Shown here: positions 13,591 through 25,093 of the stretch, in pieces | How positions within the stretch are numbered: position 1 is the stretch's first letter | Layout: each line of letters begins with the position of its first letter | DNA from: Azolla caroliniana | Taxonomy: Eukaryota; Plantae; Polypodiophyta | Length of the DNA: 64,000 bases | Assembly (NCBI GenBank): GCA_043228905.1 | Contig: JBHGNT010000004.1 | Location: 18,600,001-18,664,000, forward strand | Reading direction: 5' to 3' | Program-made: the position numbers and the translations under genes | The notes under the pieces: generated by a model | The model's input: the letters and a program-made list of their open reading frames with translations, nothing else | The model's database searches: none | What the model was told of the DNA's origin: nothing

Positions 13591-16500
13591 CATATCTGTG
13601 AGGTGTTGTTAGGAGTCCTTCCCAAGTGCACTAGTTCTCCCAACATGGAGTCCTTTTTCCAAGGTGGCATCGGTATGCGAAACCAAACTAATTATGTCAA
13701 AACTGTTGTTGGTGACCACAATGTTGTACATATACTACTCGTGGTGTGTAATGAACGATGATTGGAGCAGCAAGAGATTAATCCCTAATAACTCTATTCA
13801 ACACACTTGGCCACTTGTTGGACAACAATTAGTCATTAGGTGTTCTTATGTGGAAGGAAATTTTTCATCTTAGTGAACCAGCCCATGACAATGAGAATGG
13901 TATCAAAACCATGGGCTCTTCCATGAGATCACATCAACTACCTTTTTTGTATCCTATGGGACGAATAATGCTGAAATGCTAAATTTGTTCCCTTTGTATT
14001 GTTCTACTAATTATGAATAAGAAGTGAGCATCTCAACAATCAAGATGTTGCCTTAACGCCATAAAAATGCTATTGAAAACAGAATGAGGTATGTGGGTAA
14101 GTGTAATATCGCATGATAAGATAATTGAATTGACATGAATCGTTTAGAAGCATAGTCATAGAATTACACGAAGATATTAAACCTGGGATCAAGAGGCTAT
14201 AGCTACAATTATAGAATTTGTGAACTAAAGTATAAAATAATAGGGAAAAAGATTATGCTATTGACACTAGGAATGAGGGGCTATGATTGCGGTTATAGAA
14301 CAGTGAACCTGTGATCTATAGTTTACAAGAGGATAGAATGGAGTTTTATTCAGCTTAGTGGTGATCTCATCTACTCAACCTATGATAAGAAGAGCCACAT
14401 CGATATGTTGTTAGGGGAATGAGTGGCGAGATAGGCAAGAGAGCATGCCTACCACTCTCGAGCATGTCGCAAAGAGGAAATATCTCACCACATGAACCAT
14501 CTCTTTTACCCCGCCCTTACAATCCCATTGAGTAATCAAATGCATTAACAAATCAAACCTATCGCCACATTAATTAATCGCTTCAATGAGCACATAATTA
14601 ACTAATACAATGTGCTCTTATTAAATAAATATCAAGCCAACCATGGTCACATGCATGAAAGTCTAGGCCAAATGCTTGAGATAGAAACTTAAAGGTTTGA
14701 TCTATGGCCAAACAATGAGGTAAGGTTTTGAAAGAGGGAGACATACACAAAGATAGACATAAATTCTAGACTTTCAAAAAGTGATATAGTGAAGAAGTCT
14801 TCAAATGATGAGAAAGTAATTAAATAAGTACACTTTATGTGCTCATCTTTGTGTTTGCATGTGGCTGATGTAAGCACATCTCCAGCTGCATACTTTTTTC
14901 TAGAATGCAGATTGGAGGGTAAGTTGTAACCATTTCCAAATTATTTTCCAACTAATCCTCTCCATGAAAGGTCCATATACATTGATAGTTTGCAATATAC
15001 ATGGCTATTACTTCATCCCTTCAATTGATAGTCTAATCAAGTTGCCCAAGTTTTCAATAGTTTGCATGCCTCACAATTACTTTATCCGATTTCTTATTGG
15101 TTGATGTCCTAAAAATATGATTCCCTAGTTTACCAATATCTATCATGTGACCAAGGGCTTTTTTTTTGTAATGAACATATCCGAGCCGATATCGATATTA
15201 CCCCCACACGCGAGTCCATCTACAATATCTTCATGAAACGACCAATGAGAACTTCTTTCTGGTTTTTTCCTAGGATCACGAATGTGTGTACATAGAAAGA
15301 TAGATAGATCAATATGACCTGAAAACAACATATTTATTATTCGAGAGTAGCATGCTTGCTCGGAAGTTAGTAGTATTACATTTTGATGCATGTGTTAAAT
15401 TTGTATACTACAGTTTCTAGGATGATAAAATAGTAGGGAAACATATGAGACTCTTGACACTAGGAATGAGAGGCTATGATTGTGATTATAGAATTCATAT
15501 TGTACACTAGGATAGAATGGAATTTTCTTTGAGTGTAATGGTGGTCTCACCTACTCAACCTATGATAAGAAGACTTGGTTTTCGGTTTGTTGTTACAGGA
15601 ATCTAGTGGGGTAAAACACTAATTGTTGGCAAAATAGGCAAGAGAGCATGTCAACCACCCTCGAGCATATTGACATAGTGAAAGAGCTCACCATATGAAC
15701 CATCTTTTTAACCACACACAAGTAATCAAATGCATTAACAAATAAAACTTATCATGGCCACACTTAACGAATCACTTCAACAAACACCTAATTAACTAAT
15801 ACAATGTGCTCTTATTAATTACATATCAAACCAACCAATGCCTTCCGTTAACTTTTAGCCATAGATCAAACATTAAGTTTCTTTCACATCTTCCAGATGA
15901 GAAAGGAAGTCAAGTTTAAATGCTTTAGGTAGAAATTTAAGGTTTGACCTATTGTTAAAAGATGAAGGAAGATAATAATAAAAAGTCTACTTCAAAAGAT
16001 AGAGTTAAACTCTACTTGAAAAGTTATAAAGTGAGGAGGAAGCTCAAAAGTGCCCGAAAATTTGGCTTTTATATCCTTTTACACTATGTAGACCTTTCAC
16101 ATTATAGTTTCCAATAAGTTATTGTTTCTCTTCCTTTTTGCCTGTAGACATCCTATCGGCACTAATGCAAATGTTTTGTCAATGGAAAGGCATGGGAAGT
16201 ACAATGTATAAAGAATGCACACCCCTCTATTCACCTTTTTGCAATGCCAATGTTATGTCGGTGGAAAGGCATGGGAAGTGCAATGTACATATAGAAGGTA
16301 CTTAACAGCCCCTAACCTAAAGAATGCACACCCCTCTATTCACTTTTTTGCATTTCTCCTAGAGTGCTATGGAATCTTAAGAGACCATGAGGATTTGTCT
16401 TCTATTATTGAGGTTGTTACGAAACATTGTGTTGGATAATAAGGAACAATCTACTTTTGCAAGTCATGATGTCAAAAAACAACTAGATATATCGAACTAT

Positions 16501-17457
16501 GTGTTATGCATAAATAAATAAAAACATACTCTTAAGTGTTCTCCTTTCTTGAATTTTTTCCATTGTGGGTTTGTTTTCTCGCTCTTGGAGTCATAAACCA
16601 TTGGGTGATTTTGGTTACATTCAGGAAAGTTTTTTGTTGTTGTGAATTGTTAGGGTTTCTAGGGTTAAAGATTAGAGGGTATTGACTCAAAAGAAATGTG
16701 ATACTTTTGTCTAACTTGCCATATGCGTAAATTAGTGTATAATATTGTTGGTTCATTTCACCATGTTGGCGTACTCAACATCACGAACTAACAATGGTCA
16801 CCTCCATACTTTCTAGATTCTTTGGTGGTTTCAAGGGATTCTTGAAGTCATCACTTTGGAATAAATGCATGAAAAATATCTTTTGGATGAATTTGTGTGG
16901 CAAAGAGCCAAGGGTAATGAACATGTTTCGAATAGGGTTTAAGGAAACCTAGGGTCGCTTGAGAAAAAATTTCATGGGAATAAAATCGGATGTATAAAGC
17001 TCCTCTTAAAAGAAGTTGGATTCAAATAAGCTTGCTATGAATGAGGTTCATTTTATAGCTGAATAGGTATGAATGAGGCATTTTTGTAGCTAAATAACAA
17101 TAAGAGAAGATAAGATTCATTCATAGCAAGGACAATAAAGAATTGCTCACAAAATCAATAAAAGACAAACTAGTTGTGGATCACAAGGGGCAGCAACAAA
17201 GAGGGTGTAGGAATGTCACTTACTACATACCCACCTCCTTTAAATGTCATCATCGTGATTTATCACTAGGCCAACTACCTACAAAGACATTGTTCACCTA
17301 GACTCTTGTTCACACACACATTTCCCCTTTCCTAATTTAACTTTTCACGCCATTTTTTATTTCCTCTTCCACACTTACATAAACATAAATTAATGCACAT
17401 AATCATATCATATTGCTCCCAAATTTGCACATACTCACGAGTCACAACATTATAAAT

Positions 17458-17709
17458 TGTAAAGAAATGAGAGTGATTGTATGCGGCGGAAGGACTGTGT
17501 GTTATGCAACAAAGAGAAAAGAGAGAGAAAGTTCTTAACCAAGAAGACTGTATATTATCATCCAACAGTAACAAAGTTACAAAAGGTTGGTTTAAATACC
17601 AACTAAACTAGGGCAAGGGCCCTTTCTACTATTTACAAGACTAGCCTGGTATGTCCATGAGCTTAGTGTGAAACCTATTTCTATGGGAAGTTGAGTTCGA
17701 TTCTCAACA
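17458..17709 (-). repeat. 3' LTR of copia A
   Basis: Matches 61944..62194; adjacent PPT TTGAAGGGGCG. Confidence 0.92.
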
Positions 17710-17859
17710 CGCCCCTTCAAACACAACTTCCGGATATCGAAAAATGGTCTCAGATTGGTCTTCAGAATGCTTCGCACTTCGATCGTTCGGCTTTTCGGTT
17801 GTGTACTCCTTGTTCGGCTTCGATCAATCGATCGGGACTGTGTTGTTCACTGTTCTGTA

Positions 17860-19877
17860 CTCCCCCTCAAGCTCGGCTGGTCGGGAATAGATAGGCCAAG
17901 GTTCGACGCAAATTGTCGCAGCTTGTCGATACCTAGGGCTTTCGTGAAAATGTCGGCTACCTGTTGATTTGGTGTAAGGCTATATCTCTGGCCTGCACGC
18001 ATTCACAAATGAAGTGGTACTTCACTTCGACATTCGACACGCTTAGTCCGCACGTGGAATACGGGGTTCCGTGCCAGGTAGATATTGTTCATGTTGTCGC
18101 AGTATAGACAAATCGGATCCTTGATGGGTATGCCCAGATCCTTTAGCATACGCTTGAACCATACGGCTTCGCACGCGGCGACCGCTGCGCCCCTGTATTC
18201 TGCCTCCATGCTCGACAGTGCAACTATCGGTTGCTTCTTGCTACTCCATGAGATTGCTCCACTGCCGAGGGAGAAGACGAATCCTGATGTTGATCGTCTA
18301 TCCGCTTTATGACCTGCCCAGTCCACGTCTATGTACCCTTCAAGTCGAATTATCCTATTTGACCTGTATCTAACGCCGTAATCCATCATACCACCGGCGT
18401 ACCGAAGTACCCTCTTCGTGCAATCAAATCATCCGATGTATAGGATGATGAAAATCCGGCTATCCGACTCATTTCGGATGTACAAAGAATTATAATATTT
18501 TAACATTCGAAATCCGATTTGATGAAGATATTGCGTGATCTTCGAATGTCACGCACGCAGTGCTTGTTTGAGGCCGTAGAGTGGCTTCTTGAGTCGGCAC
18601 ACGACGTTTGGATGATTGTGTGATTCAAACTCGGGTGGTTGGATCATGTACACTTCCTCCTCTAATTCCCCTTGGAGAAAGGCATTCTTCACGTCCATCT
18701 GATGAAGGTGCCACCCGTTTGCTGTTGCGATTGCAACCACGGTCCGCACAATTGTCATCTTTGCCACTAGAGCAAATGACTCTTCATAGTCAACTCCGTG
18801 TGTTTGTGCGTATCCTTTCGCAACGAGCCGTGCTTTGAAGCGATTTATGGAGCCGTTAGCATTGTGTTTCACTTTGTAAATCCATCGGCAACCAATTGCT
18901 TTCTTGTGTGGATTGTGAGGAATGAGATCCCATGTCTCATTTTTGCATAGGGCTTGCATTTCTTCATTCATCGCGTCGACCCATCGCAATTCCTCTACGG
19001 CTTCAGAAAAGGTTTCCGGCTCCCATACTGACGCTATCTTCATCATAAAGGCGTAATGTACGCCATGTACTCGTTGTAGCCGTAACGGCTTACAGGGTTC
19101 TTCTCTCGAGTGGACCGGCATAGCTTTTCGTTCGTGGATACTAAGGCTTTCTTCGCTTCATTTGTCCAAATGTCGAGGCCTTCGAACTCACTATCGAGAG
19201 AGTGAGTCGATTCGTTGCCGTCGAAGTGATCATCTTCATACTCCGCCATTTTCGCCTTCCCTTTGTCCAGCTTCGGACTCGGCCGAGATGTGCTTTGATC
19301 ACTCAGAGGTTCTTGTGGCCCACTTTTTCGGGTCGTGATTGGACTTTCATCGAACATGCATGTAAGTTGATCTTCAACTTCTGCCTCTATTTCGGCATAT
19401 TCCGGGTCTAGTGGAGTCAGAGTCAAAGTTGTCTCTGGTGCGTACTAGGATGCAAACTCGTCGAACACGACATCTCGACTTGTTCGAACTTTTCGGGTAG
19501 ATGGATTGTAGCATTTGTACCCCTTCGGTTCGAACGAGTACCCCACGAGGATACATTTCTCCGACTTCGGGTCGACCTTTTGTCGTGTATCATCGGGAAT
19601 ATGCACATAAGTGATTGAGCCGAAAATATCAACATGTGATAAGTCCGGCTTCTTACCAAGAAACTTCTCATGGAGGGGTTGTGTCGTGTACTCCCGAGGT
19701 TGTGCACCTACTCATGAGGTAAACGACCATGTTCGCCACTTCTGCCCAGTATGATTTCGGTAGGTTCTTCTCGTTCATCATTGCCCGTGCTACCTCTACT
19801 ATGTGCCGGTTCTTCAACTCGGCTACGCCATTTTGCTGAGGTGTGTGACGGCACAAAAATTCTCATCGGATTCCTTC
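17860..19877 (-). pseudogene. pol: copia A integrase C-part, RT and RNase H (frameshifts, internal deletion near 18430)
   Basis: PQQNGVAE, KARLVAKGY, MDVKNAFL, DRRSTSG, SSMEAEY motifs. Confidence 0.9.
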
Positions 19878-20372
19878 TGTCATGATATGGCAAGACTCGA
19901 ACCCATGACCTTATGCTACATGGGTCGAGCTCTTACCATTAGACTATGAATTGTATTTTGTAGGATATTATTTTCATTTATGCTTTATCATAGAAAATTG
20001 ATGTATATTCCAGATCTCTCTGGAACATTCTAGAAGCTTCAGGATTATTCCTAAAAACACTATAAAAGAAGGCACAAGGCATTGTTTTGAACCAAATTGG
20101 TTCAACACCAGTCTTAAGCCTCTTAGTCGATTTGTACTTATCTTTCATATAATATAAGAGCTGCTGTCATCATCCTATTTCCCTCTCTCTCCTCTTCTCA
20201 CTTCTTCTCTCTCGGGAATCTTACGCAGTCCCGTCCTCTTAGTACTAATAGTACTACTCTTCTTAGTACTAATTCCATCTCTGTTTTAGTACTATTCCTG
20301 ACAGTTTGAACCAATTTTTTCCTCTAGCCTACTTGTCACTCTCCCTCATCCTCCTACCCTTTTCCCTATACT

Positions 20373-21527
20373 ATGGCTACTGTTAGCGCCCAAGAATACC
20401 AATCCGTTTTCTCCGAGCTACAGTGCCTAAAAGAAAAGTTTGTTGCCTTGGAACAAGAAAACCAACGGCTGATAGGGGATCTGCAACAAATCGCTCTAGA
20501 AAAACAACAAACGCAACAACATGGGGAGTTAGCGTTACGGGTACAACAACTCGAAGCAGCGTTGCAACAACAAGGATCCAGTCCCCAAGGATTTCATAAA
20601 GAGCCCAAGATTGGACTTCCTGTGAAATTTGATGGAACGCGTTCGCAATTTCGGGGATTCCTTAATCAGGTACGCTTAGTCATCCAGATGCATCCTTCCC
20701 GATATCCCACTGATGCATCTTGAGTCGGCCTAATAGGCACGCTACTTAGCGGCTCAACCTTGGCATGGTTCGCTCCGCTTCTAGAAAAACAATCGCCCTT
20801 GCTTAATAACTTTGAAGATTTTATTGGTGAGTTTAAAGCCTGCTTTGGAGACACCGACAGCATCAGGACGGCGATCAACAAGATCCGGCGATTGCGTCAA
20901 GGCGATCGTCCAGCCTCTGCCTACGCGGCGGATTTCCGCCTACTTGCTTCAGATATACCCTGGGATGATCAAGCACTAATGGAGTAGTTTCGCTATGGCT
21001 TGCGAAACGATGTCAAAGATCTACTTCTAACTTTCCCCGAAGAACCAAAGTCTCTTACGGAGGCAATCAGTCGAGCAGTTCGATGTGACAACCGCCTTTT
21101 TGAACGGCGTTCAGAACGTCAATTACAGATACCACGCTCTAGGCCAGAGCCCACTTACGCCGCAGTCGCAGCTAAACCGTTTGCACGAGACATACCTCAA
21201 GCAAATACTTCGACACCGATGGAGATCGATACCATGCGTCGACACGGCCCGTTATCGGAAGAAGAAAAGCAACGACGACGTGCCAATTGATTATGCCTTT
21301 ATTGCGGTGGACCAGGACATATCGCCATCAATTGTCCCCATAGGCGAAGAAGACAGGTAAATCAAATCGTCGCCTATACTAAACCTGAGTCAATTCTTCC
21401 CTTCGGAGTGTCTGATAGTAGTAATAGTACTAATAGAGTGTCAGATAGTATTCATAGTACTAATAGCCCAAGTATCTCAAATAAATTTGAAATCCTTAGT
21501 CAATTAGATGAAGAGTTAAACGATTGA
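20373..21527 (+). pseudogene. gag: gag of B with three in-frame stops
   Basis: One frame from ATG 20373 to TGA 21527 with stops at 20721, 20985 and 21288; CCHC knuckle. Confidence 0.92.
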
Positions 21528-24500
21528 GTCCAGCCAAAATAGGAGCCATTTGGTTGGACAGCAGCCCTAGATCTGTACAGCCCATTAGTGGTTCCATTCC
21601 TTCCAAGCAAGTTAGCAATGTGTTCCTAGCCCAAGTCAATGTTAGTACTAAAAGTACTCCCCCAGTACCCGTCCTAGCACTTTTAGATTCCGGAGCTAAT
21701 TCCTGTTTCATGGATCGAAATTTTGCCCAAGCTTCTCAGATATCCTTAAGAAAACTTCCTTGTCCCGCATCTGTAGTGGTCATTGATGGTCGTCCCATTG
21801 CTTCCGGGAATATTGTAGAAGAATCAGAACCCATTCAAGTTGTCCTAAGTAGTTTTGTGTGTATAATATCATTTAATATAATTAGTAGTCCAGAGCATCC
21901 CATTGTCCTAGGATTACCTTGGCTTGAATTACATAATCCAGCCATAGATTGGAGAACAAGAGAAGTCCGATATCGACCACCCCAAGAATCAACTCGCCGA
22001 GTTTCGACCATTTCACTCCATCAACTACGCGAAGAAGGACCCAAGGAGGCAATGTTCCTATTTTCCATATCAGTACATCCTTCCAGCACTATTAAGGACT
22101 CCTCAGTACAACTTCCGGCAAAATATCATCCTTATGCCGATGTATTTGACAAGGTAAAAGCCGGTACCCTTCCTCATCACCGTCCCTATGACTGTCCCAT
22201 CGATTTACAACCAGGAACCGAGCCACCATGGGGACCAATTTACAACCTGTCACCCACCGAGTTAGAAGTCCTTCGAGCCTACATAGAGGAGAACTTGGCA
22301 AGTGGGTTCATCCGTCATTCGAAATCTCCGGCCGGTGCACCCATCTTCTTTGTCAAGAAGAAAGATGGCTCACTTCGTCTTGTCGTTGATTACCGCGGAT
22401 TAAATAAAGTCACCATCCAGAATAGGTATGCACTTCCTCTTATATCAAGTCTTTTAGAGCGAGTTAATGGTGCCAAGTGTTTTACTAAAATCGACCTACG
22501 CGGAGCGTATAATCTCGTGCGGATCCGACCGGGAGATGAGTGGAAGACCGCTTTTCGCACGCGGTATGGGCATTTCGAGTATACTGTTATGCCATTTGGC
22601 CTAACCAATGCACCCGCAGTCTTCCAACACATGGCAAATGATATATTCAGAGACCTCTTGGATATTTGTTTGATCATTTATCTGGATGATCTGTTGATTT
22701 ATTCGAAGACCCAGGAAGAGCACGATTCTCATGTACTATTAGTACTAAAGCGACTCCGCGAGAATGGTCTTTATGCCAAGCTAGAAAAATGTAGCTTTGA
22801 CTGCAAGCAAGTGGAATTTCTAGGCTACGTCATCTCCTCAAAGGGCATCGCCATGGATCCAGCTAAGATCCAAACTGTACTAGAGTGGCAAATTCCACGG
22901 TCGGTACGAGATGTACAATGTTTTCTAGGTTTTGCTAACTTCTACCGTAAGTTTATACAGGATTACTCGAAGATTATTTTACCTCTCACACAACTTACAA
23001 AGAAGGGCCAAACATTTCTTTGGTCCATTGAAGCAGATATGGCTTTTCGGCATCTTAAGAAAGCCTTTACATCAGCACCGATTCTAGCTCATGTGGATAC
23101 AAGCAAACCATTCATCATGGAGGCCGACGCATCAGATTTCGCCCTCGGTAGCATCCTTTCTCAACAAGGTGATAAAGAAGAGTTGCATCCGGTGGCTTTC
23201 CATTCGCGCAAATTCGATGTCGCAGAAATCAACTACGAAATACATGACAAGGAGTTATTAGCCATCGTGGATTCATTTGTACAATGGCGGTATTTCTTAG
23301 AGGGCTCTCCAAATCAGGTCATTGTCTTCAGCGATCATAAAAATCTTGCTTATTTTCAGAACGCTCGTGTACTAAATCGACGGCAAGCTCGGTGGGCGCA
23401 ATTCCTCACGCGTTTTGACTTCAAAATCACATATCGACCGGGGAAGCAGCAAGGAAAAGCAGATGCACTATCACGACGTTCATATCTTGCACCTCGTCCT
23501 GGTGACGCAACATTTGATAATCAAAAGCAAGTAATCTTGGGACCAACACGATTGCACACGACGCGGATTTTTCACACCCCGATGGATTCACGGATTACCG
23601 ATGACATACGTGCAACCTTGAAGACGGATAGTTTTGCTCAAAACATCCTGGCGCACATTGATACTTCTCGGGCATCCTGTTCTCAGTCTCAACAACCAGG
23701 TATTGACTACCGACAATTCGAATATCATGATGGTTTGTTATTCTTTAAAAAGCGCGTATATGTCCCCGATTGCTCCTGTCGCCTTCAAATTGTCCAACAT
23801 TGTCACGACACCCATACGGCGGGACATTTCGGTAGTACTAAGACGTTGGAGCTAGTGCAGCGATCTTTTTGGTGGCCCCACATGCACCGTTTTGTCGACG
23901 ACTACGTTCGGACCTGTGATGCTTGCTGCCGAGCAAAGATGCCACGACACCATCCATATGGCTTGTTGGAACCTTTACCAATTCCAAGTAAGCCATGGCA
24001 GTCTATTTGTCTTGATTTTATCACAGATCTGCCGGTCTCGAAAGGGTTCGATGCTATCCTAACCGTCGCCGATCGATATACGAAGATGGCACATTTTGTG
24101 CCATGTACTAAAGCCATCACTAGCAAGGAAACCGCCGCTCTTGTTATGCGTGAGGTTTTTCGGCATCATGGCCTCCCAGACAGTATTATCAGTGACCGAG
24201 GCCCGCAATTTGTCTCCAAATTTTGGCAGCATCTCTTCAAGATGCTCAAGGTCTCCTGCAACCTCTCCTCCGGCTACCATCCTCAGACCGACGGACAGGC
24301 AGAACGAACAAACCAAACGCTGGAGCAATATCTCCGGTGTTTCCTGAGTTATCAACAGGACGATTGGGCCGAGATTCTCCACTTTGCGGAGTTTGCGTAT
24401 AATAATGCTATTCACTCCTCGACTCGGGTCTCCCCATTTTTCGCTTATACCGGTTTCCATCCTCGCTGGTCGGTGATCGACACTCCGGAGCTACCTACCA

Positions 24501-25093
24501 ACCCTCGTGCCGAGGATCATTTGGAGAGGCTACGCAAGATCCAGATGGATCTCTCTACTCACCTTCGTCATGCTCAACACACACAAAAGACTTATGCGGA
24601 TCGTCATCGGATTCCCTCCTCTTTTGCCATCGGAGATCGAGTATGGCTCTTACGTCGTCACATCAAGACTACTCGACCGTGCGACAAGTTGGATTATCGA
24701 CGACTCGGTCCTTTCCGTATTACGGGGAAGATTAATGATGTCACCTTCCGCCTTGATCTCCCTCCACAGCTTCAGATACATCCGGTTTTCCATTGTTCTC
24801 TTCTTGAACCTTATAAAGCAAACACCATTCCCGATCGTGTGACACCACCGCCGCCCCCACTGGAGTTGGACGCCGGCCCGGAGTATGAAGTTGCTGCCAT
24901 CCTCGATTCCAAACTTGTTCGCAACAAACTCTATTACTTGGTTGATTGGCTCGGTTATAGTCCGAGCGAACGTACTTGGGAACCCGTCGAGAATGTTGCC
25001 AATGCACAAGATCTTCTTGCTGATTTCCACCGAAAGTATCCGGACAAATCCGGTCCGCAATTAGCGCTGACTCGTTCCACTCGTCGTCTTTAA
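21512..25093 (+). CDS. pol: pol of B: protease-RT-RNase H-integrase-chromodomain, intact, -1 frame relative to gag
   Basis: LDSGA, YLDD, EADAS, HHCC, GQAER, GPF, and chromodomain EYEVAAILD...YLVDWLGY...TWEP with the aromatic cage residues. Confidence 0.95.
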   Translation, partial: RVKRLSPAKIGAIWLDSSPRSVQPISGSIPSKQVSNVFLAQVNVSTKSTPPVPVLALLDSGANSCFMDRNFAQASQISLRKLPCPASVVVIDGRPIASGNIVEESEPIQVVLSSFVCIISFNIISSPEHPIVLGLPWLELHNPAIDWRTREVRYRPPQESTRRVSTISLHQLREEGPKEAMFLFSISVHPSSTIKDSSVQLPAKYHPYADVFDKVKAGTLPHHRPYDCPIDLQPGTEPPWGPIYNLSPTELEVLRAYIEENLASGFIRHSKSPAGAPIFFVKKKDGSLRLVVDYRGLNKVTIQNRYALPLISSLLERVNGAKCFTKIDLRGAYNLVRIRPGDEWKTAFRTRYGHFEYTVMPFGLTNAPAVFQHMANDIFRDLLDICLIIYLDDLLIYSKTQEEHDSHVLLVLKRLRENGLYAKLEKCSFDCKQVEFLGYVISSKGIAMDPAKIQTVLEWQIPRSVRDVQCFLGFANFYRKFIQDYSKIILPLTQLTKKGQTFLWSIEADMAFRHLKKAFTSAPILAHVDTSKPFIMEADASDFALGSILSQQGDKEELHPVAFHSRKFDVAEINYEIHDKELLAIVDSFVQWRYFLEGSPNQVIVFSDHKNLAYFQNARVLNRRQARWAQFLTRFDFKITYRPGKQQGKADALSRRSYLAPRPGDATFDNQKQVILGPTRLHTTRIFHTPMDSRITDDIRATLKTDSFAQNILAHIDTSRASCSQSQQPGIDYRQFEYHDGLLFFKKRVYVPDCSCRLQIVQHCHDTHTAGHFGSTKTLELVQRSFWWPHMHRFVDDYVRTCDACCRAKMPRHHPYGLLEPLPIPSKPWQSICLDFITDLPVSKGFDAILTVADRYTKMAHFVPCTKAITSKETAALVMREVFRHHGLPDSIISDRGPQFVSKFWQHLFKMLKVSCNLSSGYHPQTDGQAERTNQTLEQYLRCFLSYQQDDWAEILHFAEFAYNNAIHSSTRVSPFFAYTGFHPRWSVIDTPELPTNPRAEDHLERLRKIQMDLSTHLRHAQHTQKTYADRHRIPSSFAIGDRVWLLRRHIKTTRPCDKLDYRRLGPFRITGKINDVTFRLDLPPQLQIHPVFHCSLLEPYKANTIPDRVTPPPPPLELDAGPEYEVAAILDSKLVRNKLYYLVDWLGYSPSERTWEPVENVANAQDLLADFHRKYPDKSGPQLALTRSTRRL

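Noticed and set aside
20721-21290. U-to-C RNA editing rescuing the gag stops
   Set aside because: Such editing is known from organelles of ferns and hornworts, not nuclear transcripts; methyl-C deamination gives the same codons.
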